This document shows, piece by piece, positions 1 to 35,500 of a stretch of DNA of 64,000 bases. The notes under the pieces are model-generated. The model was not told where the DNA came from and made no database searches. It was given only the letters and a program-made list of their open reading frames with translations. A program made the position numbers and the translations under genes. The first letter of the stretch is position 1; every line of letters starts with the position of its first letter. Source of the DNA: Phyllobates terribilis (Eukaryota); contig NW_027362769.1 in NCBI RefSeq assembly GCF_046119375.1, positions 116,436,001 to 116,500,000 on the forward strand, read 5' to 3'.

Positions 1-1052
1 TATCACCAGTAATTAAAAAAAAAATAAAATCATGAAACAAAATTAATCATAGTGAAGTTTTTTTGTTTTTTTTAGGGGGAAATTCTTAACCCAAGCGTGA
101 CATGCCACTTAAATTAATGAGCAATCAACTTCATTTTTCCGGGAGAAACAAGGGGGCACGTTTTGTTCTTTGGTGTGCAATTATCACAGGGGTCTGGTCA
201 CATCAGTCATCCGTGGACCCGCAGGCAGGGAGAAGTCCGGCGACTACGGATTACCGATGTGGCTACCGGATCAGGGTTCTGAAAATATTTTTGCTCAACT
301 CTGAATATGTACCTTTAAGGTGGAAGAAATGCAAAATTACTTGCAACAAAATTTTCACATGTGAATGTTAGTTACATGGGAGTCCTGCTTTCTGCAGAGA
401 AAAAAAAAGAAAGAAAAATGAACAACTACTCATGGGCAACTCAACTCCACACTTTGTTACTATAGTGTATGCATCATTCCTTCATCCCCTTTTTGTTCCT
501 CCCAGGAACCCTACAACTGATATCTCAAAAGTATAGGCCAAAAATGAAGCAATTGGATGATTAGATAATGTATACAATATACAGGTCATTGTAGATCTTG
601 GCTTCTGTGATTTCTCATCAAAGCCATAGTTCCGCAACATTGGGTCTTTAATGCACAGTAGCGTCCTACTACTGTGACCGGTAATATAGGAGGAGTACTG
701 GTAATGAAGTATTGCCGAATAGGATCAGTTTAATCATAGAACATGCACTTCTTTATACTCCCACAGAAAATATATATTTTTCTCTTACAGCCGCCAAATT
801 ACCAAGGGAAAAGGCAGAACAAAAAAAAATAAAATAAAACAAAAAATGGAGAATCATCCTTGGTTGACAGTTTTACATCTAAAATTTTTTTTTTTTTTTT
901 TTTTGGGGCAGGCAGGGAAAGTTTACTAAAAACCTCATGAATACAAGTTATCCAGACCAAGGAATATCAAAAACATAGAACTTTAAATGTATGATTTAAA
1001 AAAAAAAAAAAGCTGAATGTCTTTCAGGCTAACAGTAGATAGTATTTATATT

Positions 1053-24922
<23,870 letters not shown>

Positions 24923-26178
24923 GATCTCCACTGGAAGAAAAAAAAAAAAAAAAAAGAAGATATGGATGTGAAGACTTCTCATTATTTTATATATCTGATG
25001 AACAGGACTGTGCTGCAGTACCAGGGCAAGCCACTACTAAGCATACGACGCTGTGTCTGTTAAACAATGAAAAGCATATGGAGCCCCTTTAAATTTGCAG
25101 ATTGCTGGGGGTCCAGGGAGTCACAAACTGGCAGTTATGATTTTGAAAGCCTTTCCTAAGGATAGTCAATCAATATTATTATTATTACTATTATTTTTAT
25201 TAAATGCATGTATTTGGGGCTAAAATTCATTTTATTTTTACAATTGGGTTTCATTAAAAACGTTGCACTTTTATTATTTCATTTTTATAGAATTTTTCCC
25301 TCTATAGCCTCTGTGTGTCGCACTATGTATTGCTGGCTGCAGAATGAGTTAACTGAGAATTGGTCAGTGATTCTGTAACTCTTCTGAGCTGATTTATAAC
25401 CAGCGCTGAATATGCAGGGAAACAACTTGGAAATGCAACCCAATCGCAAAAAAAAAATGATTTTTAGTCCCGAATACATGCACTTAAGAAGAAAAAAATG
25501 GCCCCAAGGTAGAGAAACCCCCTTTAAATGACTGGACAAGACCAATGATAAGTGGTGCCACTTATATCAGACAGCCCCCTCTCTTCTTGTACAGGTATCT
25601 TCGGGGGGAGCTGTGAATGAGGACGCGTTAGCAGGTCACTATGTTATCCCTTAAAGGGGATGTCCACTTTGGTAGGAAGGGTCTATCAGCGGAGGTCTGA
25701 CACCTAAAGATAAATCGCATTTCCATCCTTCTATATTACAGATGACAGCCTGTGGTCTGGGATCTGACTATTGCGCTTGTCGTCTAGTTTCCTGCAGGGA
25801 AGTAGTCAGGAATGATCCTTCCCACCTATAATAATTGGCTGATTTTCACCTCTGTGGCTAGACATCACAAAAACTACAACTCCCAGCATGCCTTGCCTGC
25901 TCTACGGGATATCTAGTGACGCCAATCCGAATCTGCAGATGCTAATGAATGCTATACTGCTGGGACGTGTAGTTCTACTAATGTGCACCAATGAATGAGA
26001 CTTCTTCAAATTAGCGCTGATTACCCAGAACTTGTGTCCCTGGTGCATTCTGGGATTTATAGTTCTGCAGCAAAGTGTTAGTTATGGACCTTCCACCCCC
26101 AGCAGGGATGATCTATGCGCGGCCACAACCAGCCCTGCCGCAGGAAACGACGTGTGCATGCATTAAATGCGTCCTCAC

Positions 26179-26420
26179 CTCAGTCCGGACGGCGGACAGA
26201 CACCGTGCGAGCTGCAAGAGAGGTCCAGCCAGTGTTCCCCGCAGTCTGAGCGGCAGATGAAGGACTCAGGGAAGCAGAAGCGTGCGGAAAGCCAACGAGT
26301 ACAGCACCATCCGGGCCGGATCCGCCTCCCTCCTCAGCACTGAGCGCGGAGAACACACAGACAGGAGCCAACAGACGCCGATCGAATCGTTCCTAAACTG
26401 CAAAGGAAGATGGCTGCTCC
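26179..26420 (-). other. PPIG: Probable PPIG non-coding first exon (5-prime boundary/TSS not determinable)
   Basis: GC-rich segment ending in consensus donor GAG|GTGAGG at 26179/26178, next to the promoter motif cluster. Confidence 0.55.
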
Positions 26421-26559
26421 AACATAGGTCACATGACCAGGTTGGAGATGATTCGTCATCAACTGATAGTGACTGGCCTGATTTTCTCGCGAGAGCTTGT
26501 AGACGCCTTTACTTCCTGTGTGTGTTTTTTTTTCACCTCAACCAAACTTACTCTTAGCA

Positions 26560-26717
26560 GCGCGGTGAACTGTGGAAGTATGCAGGTCTTGCAAGATGAC
26601 GTCAACTATGCGACAGGAAGTGTGAGACTCACATGTCTTTGAGGCTCATGCAGGAGTTTGAGTTGTCCTCTGGGTCCAGAATAAAACAAAAAACAGCCAA
26701 CCACGTCCTCATCAAGT
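26560..26717 (+). other. FASTKD1: Candidate FASTKD1 non-coding first exon (start approximate)
   Basis: Donor-like AGT|GTAAGC at 26717/26718 just downstream of the promoter motifs; no transcript evidence. Confidence 0.4.
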
Positions 26718-27334
26718 GTAAGCATTTGTATTTAATTCTATGCAATTTACTTGAAAATATATTTGTATCTTTATTTACGATTCTGGTTATGAATGAGCCG
26801 AGCGTTCAGTACAATTAAATGTCATAAGGATCTGAAAAATGGTGTTAGGACGTAGATGCCGCGTGTTCATTTTGCTGCATTTTGCTGATTCGTCAGACCG
26901 CTCGCAGTAGAAATTACTGGGAGAATAAGTGATTTTTAAGAATTGCAAAACTTTTAGGCAGGTGTGAAAAACTGCTGCAGAGTAAGACTGCTTTAAAAAG
27001 TAGAAGTATTTATTTTATATAAATTAACAAAATGCAAAGAGAATGGGAAATTGAAATCAAATCAGGATTTGGCATCTTTCAATACAGCATCCAATTATTC
27101 CAGGTACACGTGCACAAAGTCAGGGATTTTGTAGGATTACGTATAGTCGGGTGTATAAACAATTATACCAAACAGGCGATAATGCTAATCATTTACATAG
27201 GTAGGTTAAAATACGGTTGTTGACTGAAACAGAAATAGCTGTGTAGGAGGCTTAAAACTGTATGAGGAACAGCTAAATTCTGCTACAGAGGTGAGGTTGT
27301 GGAAGACTCGTTCATGTCACAGGTCTTTCACCAT

Positions 27335-27515
27335 TAAAGGAGAGAGGAGTGCGGTGGATCCCGGGCGCTGACGTTGACAAAGCTTAATCCTTAGGTATGC
27401 CTGAGGAAGGCGTAGATTGTACTCCGAAACGCATTTCAATAAATTGGACTTTTCTTTTATACTTAACTCCTGAATTAACCTCTATCCCGGGATCCACCGC
27501 AGTCCTCTTTCATTT
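27335..27515 (+). mobile_element. Penelope-like remnant with inverted termini and hammerhead-like core
   Basis: Inverted arms 27335-27364 and 27486-27515; internal CTGAGGAAG...CCGAAACGC followed by AATAAA. Confidence 0.55.
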
Positions 27516-28879
27516 ACTTATGTCCTCTCAATTTGGTGTGAGTTCAGCAGCCAAAGCAGCAGCCATGAATGGATTATACATCACTCTTTACGTAGCGAGT
27601 GACCAACCCTCCAACTCCCCTCACCTATTGCCCACGATGTTACAGAGGGAGCGCCTCTTGTTTTTTTTTTTATCTCTCCAGATCTTTCACCATAGGAAGA
27701 CTGAGCCATGGTATGCGGCTGAGGACCATAGTTGGAGGTGAGACTAGTCCAACTTTTTTGGTATTTGACAGCGCCGCACCAGGAGATCTGTCAATCACCT
27801 GCTGTGGCACTCGGAAATGCCGTCTGGGGATGTTGCCAGACTAGCCTTCTCTATACCTATGGTTCCCAGCCAGATCTTTAAAGTATCTTATCTCTGAAAA
27901 AAATATCCCTGACTGCAATTGTGCAGCCAGGCTGTGATTAATTCTGCCTGTTGTTTGGGCAGCATATATCAAGTGTCAGGTTCCTTTTAATGGTAAGCTG
28001 GGGAAAACCAACAAGGGAGACTAGAAACAAAATGACACAGTGCTTTCCTAGCATTCTGAATGGGTCACAGTGGTTGCGTCCCTAGGTAATCAGCATAGGT
28101 GACATATCCTAGTAATATGCCACCAGTGTCTAAGGCAAGCTGCTGCTTATGATGCTAAAGATCACAGTTCATCTTACTGGACAGAAGTGTAAGTTTAAGG
28201 CCAATATTCTATAGATATTACTTTATCCTCTTCCGTTTAATACTGGGTTTTGAGGTTCTGACCTCTAGCTATCCTCTTGAAACCGGGAACTAAGCTCGGA
28301 TGGAGCAGGAGGTGCACATGCTCAACCTCCGCACCATTCATTGTGTATGGGACTGCTGGAAACAGCTGAGTGCTGTGCTTGGTTTATAAGCTCCAGTGTT
28401 CATTTTTTCGGAATTGTTGGGGGTCTGAGAAGTTGGGCCCCCCACCAACTAGTAAGTTATCCCCTATCTTTAGGAGAGGGGATAACTTACTACACTAGAA
28501 ATCAATTCAATTTCCAATGTAATTACATGGATGAACTGAATGTGACACCTGTTCCCTCCTATCATTCATAAAGTGATGAGAGATCAAGTGAGGGGGACCA
28601 TCTTGCCAGAATTTTTTTGTTTTGACTAGATGCTTAAAAAAAGTGTGGAAAAATAACTTTAAATTTCAGATCCTATGTACATGTCTATTCATATTATTAT
28701 TTTTTTATAAGTGGATACAGACCAATGGATGCGGTCTGGCTGGTTGGATGGCAACAAAGGTCACCAGACCGTACCTAGATGGACTTTATTTTTATTTGGG
28801 GAGTTATCAAAAATTTGGTTTATTCAAGAAAACCATGTACAGTTGCTAACATGATTTATAATTCATCTACTATTGAAAC

Positions 28880-28958
28880 TGTATACCGACTTCTGCTCCC
28901 CCTGTATACCGACTTCTGCTCCCCCTGCATAAGGACTTCTGTGCCCCCTGTATACCAA
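28880..28958. repeat. 23-bp tandem repeat, about 3 copies
   Basis: (ctgtataccgacttctgctcccc) repeated, third copy diverged. Confidence 0.75.
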
Positions 28959-29221
28959 TGCCATGATATAAGCATGTTAAAAATGCAGCTGTACAATCTG
29001 TATGTGGAAGGACACAGCCTTATATATATGAATACATAACAATATTATTCTTTGTTTTTTCTTCCTTTACAGATGGCTTTAATCAGAATGTATTATCACA
29101 TCTTGAAATAACCAGATCTTCTCCGGAGACAGGAATATCCACTTTCTAAGAAGATGTTGGAAGAAAAGACATAGAATATTTTTCTTTCTCTAAGGTCCTA
29201 AGCCTTTCCTATAGCCCAGAC

Positions 29222-29556
29222 ATGTTCTGCTGGAGGAGGGCTTTGCCGCTTTCTCTGCACTTCTTTCAGATGCGTAGTATAAGTTCGGATCCTCTCCTGG
29301 ACCAGCTGATGACTTGCACAAATCAATTCCAGATTTTTCAACTCGTCGGCATCCATAAGTCTAAGCTTACAGTACAGCATGTCGGGTGTGCGATCAATAC
29401 ACTATGGGAGCTTCAGAAGGGGAAGTCGAGTGCAAACTCAAATTTTGAAACCCTTCGAAATCACCCAGAATTTATTGCTCTTCGGATCCTGGCAGAAAAT
29501 AAAATTGACTTTATGAACAACACCAGCTTGGTGGACACGTTGTATGCTGTTATAAG
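29222..29556 (+). CDS. FASTKD1: FASTKD1 coding exon 1
   Basis: MFCWRRALPLSLHFFQMRSISSDPLL...VDTLYAVIR; GTATAA donor. Confidence 0.9.
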
Positions 29557-32500
29557 GTATAAGGCGAGGGCCTTTATTACTTGCTCCATTGCTCTGTCCT
29601 ATTGTCACGTATCATTTACCATTGTTGTATTCTCTATTTTAAGGTTTAATGTGGAAGCGCACGACTCTTTGGTGCAGCAGCTGCTAATGGAAGGCTGGAG
29701 AAGACTGGAAAAGTAAGGCTGGAGGAATGTTTGATTACTTATCCTAGTAGCCAATATGCCATTTAGTAATCCAGCATTAGCTTGAGGTTTGTCAAGCTGT
29801 GGGTTACCCATAGGTTTTCCACAATGTATCTGTCACGCAAGATGAGGGAAGGAACAACTGTACAACAACGGGAAGAGGGGGGAAGGGAGCCCAATAACTA
29901 GGGAAAGGGGGAGTGGAGACCCCTAGGCAGATCTAATATCACACTGACTCACCTATTGTCCCTATATAGGTTCCGCACCCACCTATCGCCGAGCAGGAAC
30001 CCAATCCCTGAATGTCCCTAGAGCTAGGCCGTAGGTAGGGAGGGGATGGGGTGAACACTAGTCAGGCCCCACTGTAACTAAAGACAACAAGGTAGACAAA
30101 CAAAGGGGATACACTTAGCTTGAGCAGACATCTGTCACGCCAGGTGTAAGTGCAACTCAGAGGGAAAAGGGAGAGGGAGCCCAGACACTAGGGAAAGGGG
30201 GAAGTGGAGACCTCCTAGTCTGGTCTACCATTGCCCTGTCTCAACTAACGTCCCTATATAGCCTCCTCAGCTATCGCCGATCACTTGGCTCGCCCTACTT
30301 TCGCTGGCGTAAGGCTATGGCTAGGGTTGAAAGGAGATGAGCACGAGTCAACCTCCACTAAAACTCTAAAGACAACAAGGGTAGACTAAACAGGGGAAAA
30401 TGGCTTAGCTTTAGATGAACTCGAAATGTGCACACGACCTCAAGCTCCAGAGAGGACGAGGTACTGCTCCTACTAAGCTTCACAAGTAGAAATGAGTATA
30501 ACCGGCTACGCTCTCTCAGACACAACAATTATATATACACCCACGCCAGAGAGCAAATTAGCAAGAGAGAGGTAGTCGCTCGGTCCTAAAGACTGCCTCC
30601 TAGCTAAGAAGCTGTCTGCAATGCCAAACATGGCGATCTCCTGCAACCCACTGCAGGGCGACTGTCTGTCTCCTCTGACACCCCCGTGGCAACACCAGAG
30701 AGATAACGCCAACTGTCCTCCAAGGGCACCAAATAAGAAACTAGCTGACTAGTAGTACTCTGTGCATGGACAGAGGAACATAGAACTATCACCGGCAACT
30801 CTCTGGAGACGCTGAGAGTTTTTAACTACCAAGCAAAGGTTGGTCAATCAGCAGCAGGAGGTGGAGGTCACTGCTGGGTCCTAAAGGAGGCAGGATATCA
30901 CTACACTACAGAGATGAGAGGATCAAAAAGCATCTGCAATGCCAAGCGCAGTGACCTTCTACAGCCGGATCCAGAGGGATTGTCAGTCACACTTGATATA
31001 CCTGTGACAGTATCCCTCTTCTCCCACTAATATACACGTCATAGCATTGTATGCATGAGACAAGACGCACAGCCTGGACAGTGGAGTCCTGCACTTTGCA
31101 ATTGTCGGCTGGAAAAACTAAACATAAAAAGTTAGGATTATTAGGGAAACTAATAAACATGTATCTCAATAGGCATTGAATGAATAGTTATTCCAGATTG
31201 AACTTGTCAGAAACATTAGACCTGTATCTCATTACTGGGGTCCTGGTGATGGGTAGAACACGAGCACCTCCATGATGAGAAGGAGTTCTATGGGGATGCG
31301 ATCAAACCTGGGCATCTCTGCTCTATCCAACCCTATGTGTAAAACTCATTTCTTGTATGATTGCGTCCCCTTTTCAAGTCATTAGTGGTTGTCGTAATGA
31401 TCAAATATTTATCACCTATTTTATAGATGGGCAAGAAAATATTAAAGGGTTATTCTCAGTCACATTATTTGTTTACAAAGCACAGTATCTGCATGACTAC
31501 TGTTAATGTTTAGTGTAAACTCAACACATAGTTTCTCTTTTGCAGCTTTGTGCCTTTTTTTCATTTTCTTCTGCCCCTTTTGTGCATTCAGCTTCACAGA
31601 CTTAAGTCTAATCTTATATGCTGAAACTACATTTTCCAGCAGCACCCTGCTTCTCCTCAGTGCTGCAGGCCCCTCTCCCGGATTTCCTGTGTGCTTCCTG
31701 ATAGAGATATAGATTTGTAGAAGAAAAAATTGTGGAAAATCCGCACTGCTGGTGAATGAAGGGCAATTCCAGGTACACACAAGAAGGATATACGTTTTTT
31801 TTATTGTCTATTCATTTCAAAGTAACTTCCTTCTTCCTCAGGACAAAGAAGTAAGGAAGAAGTAAGTTACTTCGTAACATGTAGACAATAAAAAAGAAAT
31901 GTATGTACTTGGAATTGCTTTTTCCACAATTTTTCCTTCTACAAATCTGTATCTGGTCTTATGACCAGTGGATCTGCAGCAGCTGGGATTACATTCTTTC
32001 TAATTGTTGTGTGATACAACATAAAGAGGTTAGCATAACCTTTTTTTATTTTAATTTTTTTAATAGGATAAAACCTTATGTGTGCTTTCCTTTGCTTCCT
32101 AGCACTTTTATCCTGATAAATGTCAAGATGGGTATCTATTATTTCTATGGGTGAGGCAAGCATTGATAGGTCACAGTTATAACATTCAAAACTATTTGAT
32201 TAATGTTCATTACTATTTACGAACACCCACATTTCATTTGTGCTCTCTAGGGATCTTCGGAGCACGATCATGTTCTCCCCCTGCATACATTGTAGAGCTG
32301 GGATGGAATAATTGAGCTGTGCTACAACACAGCTGTCAGGGCAATAAGGATCCTGGGAGAGTGTCTGGATTTTGTTATATTTGACAGGATGCATCTGCTT
32401 TTCATGAATTAGACAGGGTCATTAGGTGCATCTGCTTTTCATGAATTAGACAGGGTCATTAGGTGCATCTGCTTTCCATGAATTAGACAGGGTCATTAGG

Positions 32501-35500
32501 TGCATCTGCTTTTCATGAATTAAACAGGGTCATTAGGTGCATCTGCTTTTCATGAATTAGACAGGGTCATTAGGTGCATCTGCTTTTCATGAATTAGACA
32601 GGGTCATTAGGTCCATCTGCTTTTCTTGAATTACACAGGGTCATTAGGTGCATCTGCTTTTCATGAATTAGACAGGGGTCATTAGGTGCATATGCAGCTG
32701 GTATCAGTGCTATTTTCAGCATAGCATAGCTGAGCTGTGCTACAACCCAGCTGTCAGATGTTTTATTAGAGAAGGTCAATAGGTGCATCTGACAGTGCTT
32801 GACTGACCGCATTAGAAATACTGGAGGATGGATCCAGGTGTAATGGAGGGTAAAGAGAGCCTTGAGGGTCATCATTGGGGGGGTTATAGCTTCAAATCAG
32901 TGCAGATATAAAAATAGGTTATATTGGTACACAATTCTGAACAAAAAACTGGGACCACATTATGATTTTGGGAATAATCTTTTAACATGTGGAATACCCC
33001 TTTGACTTGCATCAGAAGATGGTGCAATCATATTAGTAACAAAATATTTGTGTGCATTGTTTCCACACACTGCTGCGTTCACCTGAATAGTAAGTCAAGG
33101 TAATGCATCAACTTCTAAGGCTTTGCTGCTTAATTAAGGGACAGAAAATGTGGACTAGTCATGCTTCAGAAATTGCCGCCAGATTGTGAAGGGCTTGGGT
33201 GTAACGAAAGCAAATAGACAGAAATAATGATCTTCATATAAAAAGTAAATTACATTTTAATGAGAGTCCGGCAGAATTTCATTCCCTCTGAAAAAGGATC
33301 AAGCGCGAAACGCAGCACAAATCAATTCATAACTTTTTAATGAAGAAACTTTTGGATTTTATCCTATATGACGGTATCGCACATTGTCCGTTTTTGTATT
33401 TACATGATTATTTTCAGTTTTTCCCTGTTTCAGGTTTGAATCAGAGACTCTGTCGAAATTTTCAGTTTGTTTGGATAAACTAGATCTGGGCAGCAGTCCA
33501 TTAATGGGAAAGATAGCCAATGCCCTGAACACGGACCTGGGGAACATCCAAAATATCAGGTAAATGATCATGGGAGCAGTTTGGATGATCTGAGGAATCT
33601 GACAAGTTCCCCATAAGAAGCTAATGAGGAGACGTCCCCATTAACCCCTTAAAGTGGATGCATCACCATCAAACACACCAAGTTATTTTACAGTAGCGAG
33701 AGAGTTCATATAACTAAATATACAATAAAAGCAAAAGAACTGTGAAGACAGTCATTTTATTTCCTCAAAAGCCATGGTGAATACAGTTCATGGGAGCAGC
33801 CATCTTGGGTCCGTCAGCTCCGCCTGTTGTGTGACACGCCCCCAGATTCCAGGCTTGTTGACATTTGTTATTTTTATATTAAGAATAAAAAATAATAAAA
33901 AACACAGGTCATTTTTCTACAAAATCTTTGCAATTCGTGTGGTGTTTGTTCTTGCATATATTTTATATATTTTTTTTATTTCTTTTTCACCCATTGAATT
34001 GTATAGGCAGAGACTGGAACAATTAACCCTTAAATGTCATCTCCGCACAAAATTAAAAAAAGCAACAACATCATCACGGATAGCACTCGTACCTATGATA
34101 TTCAATGGGGCTGTGCACATTTCCAAAATGTATTTATTCTTTTTAACGGACCAAGTGGACTGCTGAAAAATTTGGGGTGATGTCCGATTATGGGCCATCT
34201 GAGAGCAGCATGATTTAGGTGCAGAGACCCTGATTCCTGCGATATATCACTTACTGGGCTTCTTTCTGTAGTTTTGATGAAGTCCCTGTTTTCTCTGCTG
34301 CAGGTCTAGCAGTTCTCTGAATGCTGAGCTCTGTATAATCCCACCTACACCACTGATTGGCTGCTCTCTGTGTACACTGTGCATAGGCAGAAAGCTGCCA
34401 ATCAGCGGTGGGGGTGGAGTATGGAGGACTACATGGCAGCAGGTTTACTGTTCTTTACCCATGTGCATGGACTAAAGACTTTTTATTGCTGATAATTGTT
34501 CTTCATTGGAAATCTCTTTTAGTTAATGCTGTAAAGGATATGGACGTCCTCCGGGAAAATTATTATTTTTTTTTTAGCTAAAATAAATTTTTACAATTGG
34601 GAATCATTAAAAAGAAATGTACCAGTATTTTTCTTTCATTGCCTCTGGTTGGTCTATTGTCAGCTACAAAATGAGTTAACTGAGAATCAGTCAGTCAGCT
34701 CATAGAAGAGTTTATAACTTTGTTCTTTCAAGCTCTTATTGGCTTTTTTATCAACATAAGTTTCATGGGGTCATAAATCAGCTGAGAGGAGTTAAACCAC
34801 ACCTACACTTTAGGTAGCTGACTACCAAACAATGGTTCGGCTGACCGTTCATCTGACTGCGATCTCCGAGTCTGCACAGCGCTCCTATGAGAGAGCCACT
34901 GCCAGACATCTCTAAGGCATTCCGAAATTGGTCATTGGATCCTAGTGTCCCCTGACATTTTTTTTGGGGGGGGGGGGGGGGACCGGTGGGAAATCCACCA
35001 TGCACATTAGACTGTTGGCCAAACCAGTCGTTATCGGTGGCTTCAGTTGATATTATTGTGTTCTGTACTGAGGCCTTCAGAAGAAGGAAGGTAAGAGCTC
35101 ACTGATGGATTCTCAGTTAGCTCATTTTGCAAGCTATTCTTTAGATCACACACTTCAGATGTGCTATAAACTGATAACAATGGTCTAATTTCTAACTCTC
35201 TTTAATCCTTTTCCAGGATCCTGTCTAGTCTTATGATCAAGACATTCCCGGTCACCTCTACGAGGTTGCAGCATCGACTGATCAGCAAGGCAGAATCCTT
35301 AATGGAGAGCGGCGACAAGTACGTAGATGTGCACAGCGTGCGGCGGATCGTCCAGTTTCTGTTCCTTATGAAGTACGACTACCAGCCCCTCTTGGATAAA
35401 TGCAACAAGATTTTTGTGCGGGACAAGAATAAAATGAGCACGGACACCATGTGCATCGTCTGCGGTCTGTACCGACAAATGGCTTTCAAGCAGCACGAGT

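Larger units (their letters stand above)
25873..26720. promoter_or_regulatory. Bidirectional promoter of PPIG/FASTKD1
   Basis: ZNF143/THAP11-type ACTACAnnTCCCAG motifs at 25873-25891, about 25958-25973 and about 26044-26063; YY1-like AAGATGGC 26407-26414; E-box GTCACATGAC 26428-26437; palindrome TCTCGCGAGA 26485-26494; ETS cores ACTTCCTG about 26511 and CAGGAAGT about 26614; CRE TGACGTCA 26597-26604. Located between two divergent genes. Confidence 0.85.

Noticed and set aside
1-1052. Short ORF at 102-371 and a possible neighbouring-gene exon
   Set aside because: No recognisable protein or splice framework; most simply PPIG 3-prime UTR or downstream sequence.
32390-32690. CRISPR-like repeat length (37 bp)
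   Set aside because: Units are contiguous with no spacers, there are no cas genes, and the context is a vertebrate intron.
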